Part shown: positions 8,944 through 17,490 of the stretch, piece after piece
Layout: each line of letters begins with the position of its first letter
Numbering within the stretch: position 1 is the first letter of the stretch
Assembly: GCA_965223905.1 (NCBI GenBank)
Contig: CBDCXV010000010.1
Location: 1,152,001 to 1,216,000 of the forward strand
Length of the DNA: 64,000 bases
From: Candidatus Latescibacterota bacterium
Lineage (GTDB): Bacteria > Latescibacterota > UBA2968 > UBA8231
Reading direction: 5' to 3'
The notes under the pieces: generated by a model
The model's input: the letters and a program-made list of their open reading frames with translations, nothing else
What the model was told of the DNA's origin: nothing
The model's database searches: none
Position numbers and translations under genes: made by a program

Positions 8944-10460
8944 CTTCTCGAGATCGCAACACTGGCCAGCCCGATCCCCACCACGAGCAACACCAGCAGA
9001 CCGATGAGAATCGCATGCCCGGTCAGGTTCGAGCGGGCGCCGACGCGGACGGTGATGTTCTTCTCCAGCGACTCGACGTTGAGGTTGCCGACCTGGCCCT
9101 GCGCCTCGATCCCGACTTCGTAGCTGCCGACGGCGATGTCCTCCGGCGGCTCGGCGCTTACCTCGACGAGGGTGCGTTCGTCGGGATCGAGGATTTTGAT
9201 CAACGTCGGTTTGACGGCGCTTTTCCATTCGTACGGCAGGTCTACGACGGCCTTGATATTCTGCACCGCGGCGGAACCCCGGTTGAGAAACTGCACTTGG
9301 ATATCCATGACGTCGCCGACCTCGATTTCCTGGTAGCGATTCGACACGATCACCTCGAGCTCGCCGACCCCTTTGGGAATAAGCTCCAGCTTGACGTAGT
9401 CGACGTTAAGGCGCGCAACCTCCTCTTCGGGAATCGGGTCGTCGCCGTATTTCGCCTGCAATGTATTTATCGGGCCGTACTCGGTCGGTTCTGCGACCAT
9501 GGCGAAGAAGGTCCGCGTGCGGCCGATGTATTTGGAATCGAGGTTTTCCGGGATTCGCAGACGCAGGGTCAGGGTCGTTTTCGAGGTCGTTTCGTCGAAC
9601 TTCACCTGGTTGATCTTCGCCCCCTCATCGACGAACGAATAGTCGATTCGCCGCGGCAGACCTACAGCGGCCAGGGCGAAGCTGCGCTCGTCCTCGGAGA
9701 GGCGCTCGAGGGTCAGGCCGAACCCGACTTCCGATTCGAGATCGCCCGTCTGCGAAAACTGGGACGAATTGATGCTCGGCAGGTTCTGGTCGGAGCCTTT
9801 CTTGAGAATGACCGAGCGGCGATCGGAATCGACATCGAGGTAACTCATGGCGACGACGACGGCGCTTTCATCCCTCAGGAGGCGATAGGTCAACAGTTTT
9901 CGCTCGCCGACTTCGAGCGACGGGATCAGCATCTCGTACGGCTCCCCGACGATGGGGCCGTTGCGCAGCGAGACGTAGATGTTCTCCACGGTGAGGAGTG
10001 TGCGCAGTTCCTCTTCGCTGAGCGAAGCGTCGACGAGGAGGGCGTCGCGGATGTCCGAGGCGTTCTCGAGGACGATGTCGACCATGCCCCGGCCGTCGTC
10101 CGTCTTGTACTTGCGCGCCTCGACGACGGCCAGGTGGGTGGCGTTTCTCAGCAGGTCGAGCTTCGTCTCCTCCAGCCGGATCTGCGCCGCTTCGAACCGC
10201 AGCAGCGCATCCTGGTAGCTGTTTTCCGCCAGTTCGAAGGTCTGCAGGGCCAAGTACCCGTCGTTGTAGAGGGCGCGAACCGTTTCCAGCTCCTCCCGCT
10301 GAGTCTGCAGACTGGTTCGGCTGTGTTCGAGTTGCGACAGCCGCTCGTCGAGTCTGAGCTTGCCGAGTTGCTGCTGGCGCGTCAGTTGGCCTTCGTTTGT
10401 GGCGTCGCCCGGCAACGCCAGCAAGAGCAGCGCGACAGACCAGGGGAGCGCGGCCGTCAT
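8940..10460 (-). CDS. Exported protein: signal peptide, MFP-like alpha-hairpin, Ig-like/NEW3 domains, C-terminal TM anchor (paralog A, 506 aa)
   Basis: MTAALPWSVALLLLALP signal; RALYNDGYLA hairpin tip; shares many blocks with 7396-8943 (ATH..VVEA.KY, EPYE..IPSL..GE, P.INS.QFSQ.GDL, LERL.EDE, NRYQEI); ends in a TM plus SRR; ATGA overlaps at both ends. Confidence 0.8.
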   Translation of the reverse strand: MTAALPWSVALLLLALPGDATNEGQLTRQQQLGKLRLDERLSQLEHSRTSLQTQREELETVRALYNDGYLALQTFELAENSYQDALLRFEAAQIRLEETKLDLLRNATHLAVVEARKYKTDDGRGMVDIVLENASDIRDALLVDASLSEEELRTLLTVENIYVSLRNGPIVGEPYEMLIPSLEVGERKLLTYRLLRDESAVVVAMSYLDVDSDRRSVILKKGSDQNLPSINSSQFSQTGDLESEVGFGLTLERLSEDERSFALAAVGLPRRIDYSFVDEGAKINQVKFDETTSKTTLTLRLRIPENLDSKYIGRTRTFFAMVAEPTEYGPINTLQAKYGDDPIPEEEVARLNVDYVKLELIPKGVGELEVIVSNRYQEIEVGDVMDIQVQFLNRGSAAVQNIKAVVDLPYEWKSAVKPTLIKILDPDERTLVEVSAEPPEDIAVGSYEVGIEAQGQVGNLNVESLEKNITVRVGARSNLTGHAILIGLLVLLVVGIGLASVAISRR

Positions 10461-11809
10461 TCGACGTACCCCATGAGCCGCCTCAGGCCGGCCTGGCGGC
10501 TGATGTAGGTGGCCTGGGTCACGAAGTACCGGTCCTGCTCCCTGAAGAACTGGTCGCGCACCTGCTCGAGCTTGGCTTCGTCGGCTTTGCCCTTGTCTTT
10601 CAGGAACTGGTTGATCTCGAGGCGGCGCCGGGCGATTGTGACGCGTTGCTGCTGAATTCGCTGTTCCTCCTCTGCTTCGAGCATCGATTGGAAGGCCTGG
10701 CGCACGCGCAGGTCGACGCCTGCCCGCAGGTCGCGGATCGACGCCATGATCCGCTGCAGCTTCGCCTTTTCCTTCGCTTCCTGTCCGAGGCGCGAGCCCC
10801 CCTCGAAGATCGGAATGCGCGCCTCTACCTGGGCCGTCCACTGGGCGCCTTCAGGACCCTGCGGATCCTCTTCCTCGTTCAGTTCGAAGTCCGACTCGAC
10901 GTCGACCCCCCACGTTCCGTCGTCGCGGTCGACGCGGACCCGGGCGTCCTTGCGACCGTCCTCGACGCCGGCGTCCAGCGACACGTCGGGGGAATACCGC
11001 CATGCGACTTCTCCCAGGGCGCGACGCTGCTCGTCGAGTTGTTCCTCGCGCAGGGCGAGATGCACGTCCCGCTGCAGCGCGATATCGACAGCCGCTTCCA
11101 CATCCAGCGGGAAGGGTGCGATGTCGCCGGCGAGCATTACACCCGTTCCAATCGGCTGACCGATCAGCCGCAGCAGTTCCATCCTGTTGTTGAATTGCTG
11201 CCGCACGAGCCGGTTGATCGCCAGCTCTTCGTTGAGGACGTTGAGCTCGGCGTTCAGCTTGTCCTCTTCCGACGCCAACCTTTTGTCGAAGCGGGCCTGC
11301 TGTCGTTCGAGGGCGGCCTGAAAGTTGTCCCTCGACCGGCGCCGCGACTCGATCTGCCGGTTCTGCAGCAGGATGAGATGGTAAACCTCCCACACCCGGG
11401 CCATCACCTCGTGCAGCTTGTCTTCGTACGCGAAGACGGCTTCGCGCAGGTCCGCCCTCAGCCTGATCTCGCGCCCGGCATCCGGCCCGAACTCGAACAG
11501 ACGCTGGGTGAACTGCAACCTGCTGCCCAGGCGGTCTTCGGTCCTGGCGCCCGGGCTTGCCGGGGTTCGCTGGCCGTCGTAGGTCGTCTTCAGGCTGAGG
11601 TGGGGCAGGAAACGGGAACGCACCACGACGTGGTCCCCCTGAATCTCGTCGATCCGTTCTCGCGCCTGGATCAGCTCGCGGTTGAATTCAGAGGCAGCGG
11701 CGAGCGTCTTCGCCAGCGAGAGGGATTTCCCGGTGATGGGTGGTTCCGCGGCGACGGAAACGCCCCAGAAGGACAGCAGGACTGCGGACCTGCAGAAGCA
11801 ACGCGGCAA
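10457..11809 (-). CDS. TolC-family outer-membrane efflux channel
   Basis: Signal peptide; two OEP repeats (RSRFLPHLSL...FTQRLFEFG and YSPDVSL...RIPIFEGG); ends LRRLMG. Confidence 0.88.
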   Translation of the reverse strand: MPRCFCRSAVLLSFWGVSVAAEPPITGKSLSLAKTLAAASEFNRELIQARERIDEIQGDHVVVRSRFLPHLSLKTTYDGQRTPASPGARTEDRLGSRLQFTQRLFEFGPDAGREIRLRADLREAVFAYEDKLHEVMARVWEVYHLILLQNRQIESRRRSRDNFQAALERQQARFDKRLASEEDKLNAELNVLNEELAINRLVRQQFNNRMELLRLIGQPIGTGVMLAGDIAPFPLDVEAAVDIALQRDVHLALREEQLDEQRRALGEVAWRYSPDVSLDAGVEDGRKDARVRVDRDDGTWGVDVESDFELNEEEDPQGPEGAQWTAQVEARIPIFEGGSRLGQEAKEKAKLQRIMASIRDLRAGVDLRVRQAFQSMLEAEEEQRIQQQRVTIARRRLEINQFLKDKGKADEAKLEQVRDQFFREQDRYFVTQATYISRQAGLRRLMGYVE

Positions 11810-11828
11810 TCGGAGGATGCTGGCGATT

Positions 11829-13241
11829 TCAGTTTATCTCGCAGCGGAGGAAGGACAGGTAGGCGCCCATGAAAAGGAAGACGTTCCACAGAGCGAGCAG
11901 CAGGATGTCCAGCTGCACGAGGCCGAGGCGGTCGCTGAACGGCATGTAGGAGAACTCGAACCGGGGATAGTCGCTGAGGTCGACGGCGAACTCTTGTTGC
12001 TCGGTGAAATAGATCACTTTCGCGCCCTCTCGCTGCTGCTCCGCCATCCACTTGAATAACGCTTCCTGCTTTTTTTGGGTGTATTCCTGCCAGGTGAGGC
12101 TGTAGCCTTCAAGGGCCTCGACGAAGCGCCTCTCCTGCTCGATGCCGGTGGCGGTCAGATCGCAGGCGGCGAGGTTGAAAGAGGTCAGCGGTGAAATGCG
12201 GGCGGCAAATCCCGACCAGCGCGTCTGCGCCTGCACGCCGGAGGCGTACGCCTCGTCCAGTTTCTTCAGCTCCTCCTCCATTTTCTCACTTTCGATCATC
12301 ATCTTCTCCCGGAACCCGGAATTCTCCCAGACATCTTCCACGCCGGTGCGCTCCTGCTCCTCTTTGGCTTGCTCTTCCATCCTCCGCTGCTGGATCAATC
12401 TCATCTCCTTCTGTTCGCGGTCGACGCTTTCCCGCGCCGGAATCGGCATCAGCTGCGTGGCCGCGTACGGCGCCATGTTGGGAATGGCGAGAATGAGGGT
12501 GACCCAGACGAGCAGCAGCACTGTGATGGAGGTTGACGCAGTCTGGGTTCGGCACGACACCAGTATCCCCAGCGAGTACATCGCCGCGATGTAGAGCAGG
12601 GCAATCCCGAACAGGCCCGCAATGCTCAGCGCATCCTCGGGCGCCGGGTCTGTTTCCGCCATCAGCAAGGCCACCAGCAACCCGGCGAGGAAGGCGATTG
12701 CAAACGGGCCGATGAGGGCGAGAAACCCGCCCAGCCACTTTCCGAGAATGACCCGGTCGCGCGGGATGGAGTACGACATCAGCAGCATCAGCACCCCGCT
12801 TTCGCGCTCGCCCGAGACGGCGTCGTAGGCAAACGCCAGCGCCAACAGGCTCATGATGACGCCGACGATGAACACGAAGTCGACGTCGGGAAAAAGCGCC
12901 GCCACGGCGTTCTCTTGGGCAACTTCCTCGAACTCGAGGCGGTTGCGCTGTACCTTGACCCTTTCTGTAAGGTCTGCGGCCACCCCCCTGACCAGGATGT
13001 TCATCGCGTTCAACGGCCGCTCGACCGTAATGTCATCGACATCCCATGGGCTGGTGACCTGCAACAGCTCGTTGCGGTGCATCGTCCTGTTCATGTGGTA
13101 GGTCGACGATGCCTCGGCGAAGTCCCGGGTCGTCAGACCGATGCTCAGGAGAAACACCACCAGGCAGACGATGCAGGCGATGGCGAATCGCAGCGACAAC
13201 ATCTGATCGAGCAGCTCCCTGCGGGCGACGTGGAAGAGCAT
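11829..13241 (-). CDS. ABC-2-type transporter permease with large periplasmic loops
   Basis: VARRELL, DFVFIVGVIMSLLALAFAYDAVSGERESGVL.LLMS...R..VILGKWLG, RISP. Confidence 0.9.
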   Translation of the reverse strand: MLFHVARRELLDQMLSLRFAIACIVCLVVFLLSIGLTTRDFAEASSTYHMNRTMHRNELLQVTSPWDVDDITVERPLNAMNILVRGVAADLTERVKVQRNRLEFEEVAQENAVAALFPDVDFVFIVGVIMSLLALAFAYDAVSGERESGVLMLLMSYSIPRDRVILGKWLGGFLALIGPFAIAFLAGLLVALLMAETDPAPEDALSIAGLFGIALLYIAAMYSLGILVSCRTQTASTSITVLLLVWVTLILAIPNMAPYAATQLMPIPARESVDREQKEMRLIQQRRMEEQAKEEQERTGVEDVWENSGFREKMMIESEKMEEELKKLDEAYASGVQAQTRWSGFAARISPLTSFNLAACDLTATGIEQERRFVEALEGYSLTWQEYTQKKQEALFKWMAEQQREGAKVIYFTEQQEFAVDLSDYPRFEFSYMPFSDRLGLVQLDILLLALWNVFLFMGAYLSFLRCEIN

Positions 13242-13250
13242 GGCGGGCCT

Positions 13251-14624
13251 TCAGGTCACGTCGTAGCGCAGGAAACAGAGGTAGGATGCCATGAAGAAAA
13301 CCACGTTGTAGATCGCCAGCAGCAGGATATCTGTCAGCGCGGCGTCGAGGCTGTCGGACAGGCCTTCCGCAACCATGTCGAAGCGCGGCAGGTCTTCGAT
13401 GCTGAACCAGTCCTGATTTTTGACACGCCGTCCATTCGAATCCCAGTCGACTTTCCGGTAGATCTCGTTCAGGTATTTCTGCGCGCTCTCCTTGAAGCGC
13501 TGGTCAGCGTGGGCAAACTCCTCCGCCAGGGCCGGCCCGGTGCCGGCCAGCCGGGTCGCGGCGAACAGGTAAGTGGCCGATGGCGACAGACGCGCCAGGT
13601 TCTGGGTGACGCCGACCTGCAGGCTCAGCTTGTCCCGGTAGAACTCCTCCAGCATCTCGCGCCGCCTGTCTTTCTCTTCGCGGAGCTCTTCCCGCTTCTT
13701 CGGGTCGAGGTTTCCCCGGTTGCGCAAGCTCTCCTCGACGAGCCGATACCGTGTGCCCAGCGCCTTGATCTCTGCGTCGATCACCTTGCGGCTCGGCACC
13801 GGTGCGGCGAGCCGGGCGACGACCGGGGCGAGGTTGGGCACCACGAGAATCCAGGCGATCCACACCATCAGCGAAAACAGCAGGGCGGTGGCGCTGCGGT
13901 GGGTGAGGACCGAGATCATCAGTCCGAGGGTGAAGAAGCAGGAGATGTAGAGGAGCGACACGAGGACGATCGCCGCGAATCGGGACGTGCCTTCGCCGCC
14001 GAGAGGCAGGGCGCCGGCAATGTAGACGTAGGCGAAGCCGGCGAGCGCCGCGACGGCGAAGGGAGCGGCGATCGACAGGTAGCCGCCGATCCACTTGCCG
14101 AACAGGACCACATCTCTCGGCACTGCGTTCGACATCAACAGTTTCAGACTGCCCTGCTCCTTTTCGCCGCACACCGAGTCGAACACGAACAGCAGCGCCA
14201 GCAGGCTGATGACGAGGGACACGACATAGGCGAAGTCGGGTGTCTGGAAAATATCGAACAAGAGGTTCCTGCTCAGGCGGTCTTCGCCGCTGCTCCACCA
14301 GGCCCGGGTCTTCGACTGCGTCGGCAGCATGGCGTCGAGCCCTTTGGCCAGGATTCCGAGAACCTTGGGCTGGCGCACGCCGGTCAGGCCGGTCTGCTGA
14401 AACTCGCTGAACTGTTTGTCTGGGTCTTCGATCCCGTCTATGGCGGTGAGGTTGTCGCGCTCCGTGTTGACTTCGGTCGTGTACGACTGGAATCTCGCCC
14501 GGTAATCGTTGGTCATCAGGAATACCGACAGCAGCACGAGACAGAAGAGCAGCACGTGGGTGATCATGAAGCGGAAGCTGAGAACGTTGCTGACGATCTC
14601 TCGTTTGATGATCAGTGACAGCAT
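13251..14624 (-). CDS. ABC-2-type transporter permease (paralog)
   Basis: MLSLIIKREI, DFAYVVSLVISLLALLFVFDSVCGEKEQGSLKLLMSN.VPR..VLFGKWIG, ends FLRYDVT. Confidence 0.9.
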   Translation of the reverse strand: MLSLIIKREIVSNVLSFRFMITHVLLFCLVLLSVFLMTNDYRARFQSYTTEVNTERDNLTAIDGIEDPDKQFSEFQQTGLTGVRQPKVLGILAKGLDAMLPTQSKTRAWWSSGEDRLSRNLLFDIFQTPDFAYVVSLVISLLALLFVFDSVCGEKEQGSLKLLMSNAVPRDVVLFGKWIGGYLSIAAPFAVAALAGFAYVYIAGALPLGGEGTSRFAAIVLVSLLYISCFFTLGLMISVLTHRSATALLFSLMVWIAWILVVPNLAPVVARLAAPVPSRKVIDAEIKALGTRYRLVEESLRNRGNLDPKKREELREEKDRRREMLEEFYRDKLSLQVGVTQNLARLSPSATYLFAATRLAGTGPALAEEFAHADQRFKESAQKYLNEIYRKVDWDSNGRRVKNQDWFSIEDLPRFDMVAEGLSDSLDAALTDILLLAIYNVVFFMASYLCFLRYDVT

Positions 14625-14643
14625 GGGGCAGCTTTCACCCGCT

Positions 14644-16023
14644 TCAGAACAGGAAGAACCCGTAGGTTTCCTGGGTCCGCATGTCGGGATAGCTGCGCGT
14701 CCACTGGCTCCAGTTGACATGCGCCCGGTAGCCGCGCTGAATGCGGATGCCCCACAGCGAGCCCGGCTTCGGGTGGGGAATCTCCGGCTCGTATGAGAGC
14801 CCCGTCTGTCCGAACAGGAGCTTGTACTCGACGGACCAGTATTCCTCCCCTACGAAGGCTGCCGCTTCGGATTCTGCCGTCCAGGAGTAGTCGTATTCCT
14901 GCCAGTTCGGCAGCGTCGAGCAGCCGTCGGTGATTACCCCCAGGGAGTTGACGGTTACTCTGCAGGTATTCTTCTGGTCGCGGTCGATGTCGAAGAAAAC
15001 CTGGAACAGGTCCTGCAGGGGCTCATCGGTCTGATCGCGCTCGGTAGTCGACACGATGAGGCTTTCCGGGTGTGCCTCCTCGAAGCGGGCTCCGAAGTAG
15101 AGCGCCGCTTCCGTTCTCAGGATGGCGACATCGCTGACATGCTCCGACAGTTGCGCGGCGCTGTGTGTGCCCCAGGAATAGAAGGGCCCTGTCCTCGCGG
15201 CCCGATCCCAGACGGAATCGTCCAGGCGGCCATCGATCACCGGGGCCTTCTCGACCGCGGGGATGTCGAGCAGCCAGCCGCTTCGGCGCCAGATGTCAAT
15301 CGCTTCATCCACGTGTTCATTGTCGTAGAGGAAACGCCCGTACGCGAAGTTCGCTTTCTTGTCCTCCGGAGCGAAGGAGAGCGCCGTCTTGTAGATGGAA
15401 TCGGCCGCTGCCAGCGATCCCTTGAGCGCAGCGCCTCGAGCCTCCTTCAGCCAGGCGCTCACTTTCTCCGCGACGATGATCCTCGCTTCGAGACTGGAGT
15501 CCCGGTGCCCGTCGTCCAGGTGTTCTCGCGCGCTGGCGACGAGCCTCTCCTCCTGGGGCTCGGTCAGCTTGTCGCGAATCAGGTGGAGCGCCCGGAAAAC
15601 CCTGGCGCAAACGTCCCCTTCCTCATCGCCCGTGGCCTGCAGGATTTCATCGGCGAAATCCGCTCGCTTCAGGATGCCCAGCTCGTGGGCGATACGGGCG
15701 CGCACAGCCGCATCGGGATCGCTCACAAAGTGTGAACGCAAGGCCGCGCTCAGGCGCTCGTCTTCGAGCCGCATCAGCAGACCGGTCAGCACCTCCGTCA
15801 GCTCTACGCGCACCTCTGTGCGGGTGTCTTCTTCAAAAGCGGCGAGCAGGTCGGGAATCGCCTCCCCCTTGGCGAGCAGCAGCTCCTGCTTCGCCATTTC
15901 GAGATCTTCACCGCGTTGCCCAAGCCCGTCGATCAGGTCGTCTGTCGAGGGGCCGCAGTTCGCCAGGCAGAGGATCGCCAGCATGGCCAGCGCCCTCGAT
16001 CGCGCCCTGAAAATCGCTGTCAC
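14644..16023 (-). CDS. Lipoprotein with HEAT repeats, TPR and a CBM9-like sugar-binding domain
   Basis: Lipobox LANC; HEAT (SDPDAAVRARIAHELG); TPR (YKTALSFAPEDKKANFAYG); CBM9-like APVIDGRLDDSVW...ALYFGARF...WSVEYKL. Confidence 0.7.
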   Translation of the reverse strand: MTAIFRARSRALAMLAILCLANCGPSTDDLIDGLGQRGEDLEMAKQELLLAKGEAIPDLLAAFEEDTRTEVRVELTEVLTGLLMRLEDERLSAALRSHFVSDPDAAVRARIAHELGILKRADFADEILQATGDEEGDVCARVFRALHLIRDKLTEPQEERLVASAREHLDDGHRDSSLEARIIVAEKVSAWLKEARGAALKGSLAAADSIYKTALSFAPEDKKANFAYGRFLYDNEHVDEAIDIWRRSGWLLDIPAVEKAPVIDGRLDDSVWDRAARTGPFYSWGTHSAAQLSEHVSDVAILRTEAALYFGARFEEAHPESLIVSTTERDQTDEPLQDLFQVFFDIDRDQKNTCRVTVNSLGVITDGCSTLPNWQEYDYSWTAESEAAAFVGEEYWSVEYKLLFGQTGLSYEPEIPHPKPGSLWGIRIQRGYRAHVNWSQWTRSYPDMRTQETYGFFLF

Positions 16024-16033
16024 TACAGTCGCC

Positions 16034-16756
16034 TCAGGCCGCCCGCTCGGCCGGCTGGGTCACGTACTCGACGTAGATCTTCTCCAGGTCCTGTTGCTCG
16101 AGCTCTTCGCGGGTAAACTCTTTCACCAGATGGCCCTCGACCATGATGCCGATGCGGTCGGCGATCGCCTTGGCGCGAAAGATGTCGTGTGTGGTCATCC
16201 AGATCACCTTGTTTTCGGAACGCAGTTCGGAAAGCAGATCGAGAAACTCCGCGCCCGATTTCGGATCGAGCCCCGAGGTCGGCTCGTCGAGGAGGATGAC
16301 CTCGGCGTTTTTCATGATGGCGATGGCGATACCCAACTTTTGCCGCATCCCCTTGGAGAACCCCTTCACACGGCGCTGAAAGGCGTCCTGCTGCAGACCG
16401 ACCCGTTCCATTACATGTCGATAGTCGGCATCGGTGGCATCTTTGCGTCCACCCAGTTTGGTGAAGAAGTCGAGGTTCTGGCGCGCGGTGAAGTTGCCGT
16501 AAAGCATGACGTTTTCCGACACGTAGGCCACGTGTTTCTTCGCCTCGAGCGGGTCTCTGGTGACGTCGATACCGCAGATCTTCACCGTGCCCTCGGTCGG
16601 CTCGGTGAAGCCGAGGGCAACCATCAGCGTCGTGGTCTTTCCGGCGCCGTTGGCGCCGAGCATGGTGAAGATCTCGCCTGGCTCGACCGTGACGTTGAGG
16701 TTGTTGACGGCGTGAACGTCCCCGTAGTGTTTGGTCATTCCGATGATTTCGAGCAT
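16034..16756 (-). CDS. ABC transporter ATP-binding protein
   Basis: Walker A GANGAGKTT, signature FSKGMRQK, Walker B ILLDEPTSGLDP, TTH switch. Confidence 0.95.
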   Translation of the reverse strand: MLEIIGMTKHYGDVHAVNNLNVTVEPGEIFTMLGANGAGKTTTLMVALGFTEPTEGTVKICGIDVTRDPLEAKKHVAYVSENVMLYGNFTARQNLDFFTKLGGRKDATDADYRHVMERVGLQQDAFQRRVKGFSKGMRQKLGIAIAIMKNAEVILLDEPTSGLDPKSGAEFLDLLSELRSENKVIWMTTHDIFRAKAIADRIGIMVEGHLVKEFTREELEQQDLEKIYVEYVTQPAERAA

Positions 16757-16762
16757 CTGTAC

Positions 16763-17215
16763 CTATTCGCTTTCTCGCCCCCCCGGGGGTCGTTCCGAGA
16801 ACGTATTGGATATGGCGAATGTTGAACAGGTGTTTTGGACCGACTTCACAGGCGTGGGTGATGCCCGGGCCGGGACGGACTCCAACCGGTACGCGGCGAT
16901 CTTGGCCAACAGCATCTTGCGCGTGATCCCGAGCCGGGTGGCCGCACGCGTGCGGCTATGGCCCTTTTCCGCAAAGGGCCTCGGCGATCGCCTGCCGTTC
17001 GACGACGGCGAGGCGTTCGGCAAGGCTCCCCGCATGCGGGACTTTGCTGACGGATGGCGCAGACGGGGCGGCAGGTCTTCCCCGCTGACCTGCAGGCCGT
17101 TGCAGAGGATGGCGGCGCCCCGGATGACGTTCTCCAGTTCGCGCACGTTTCCCGGCCAGGCATTCCGCTGCGGGAGGTCCTTGGCACCGGGGGTGACGGC
17201 CTCCACCGGCTTCAT
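16763..17215 (-). pseudogene. C-terminal remnant of a sigma-54 enhancer-binding protein (AAA lid + Fis-type HTH)
   Basis: WPGNVRELENVI and SRTRAATRLGITRKMLLAKI are present, but no Walker A, GAFTGA loop or receiver domain lies upstream. Confidence 0.75.
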
Positions 17216-17289
17216 CTATTCGGGGGGCTACATCCCGACAGCAACAGGCCGCTCCGCTGCCGTTGCCGCACCTTCTCGAGGCGTTCGGT

Positions 17290-17472
17290 TCAGTTGCGAC
17301 TGGGCGGGTCGATCTCGATGAGGGGGGAGTCGGGGCCTTTCTCCTCCTCCTCCTCCTCGCGGCGGCGTCGGGAGAACGGCGCCAGGACGCGCACCGCCAC
17401 CCAGCCGGCGCAGAACCCGGCCACGAGCAGCGCCGCTCCAGTCTGCCAGTTCTCGGTCAGGAAGGCGGCCAC
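17290..17472 (-). CDS. Small single-TM protein downstream of feoB
   Basis: 60 aa, GTG start; WQTGAALLVAGFCAGWVAVRVL TM, then RRRREEEEEE and PLIEID; position typical of FeoB-associated small membrane proteins. Confidence 0.6.
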   Translation of the reverse strand: MAAFLTENWQTGAALLVAGFCAGWVAVRVLAPFSRRRREEEEEEKGPDSPLIEIDPPSRN

Positions 17473-17490
17473 AGTTTCTTAGCCGGGCGT

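Noticed and set aside
16852-16867. Possible sigma-54 -24/-12 promoter (GG-N10-GC) upstream of the ABC ATPase
   Set aside because: Lacks the TGGCAC/TTGC consensus; GG-N10-GC is common by chance at this GC content.
17341-17358. (CTC)n microsatellite
   Set aside because: Simply encodes the poly-Glu run of the small feoB-associated protein.
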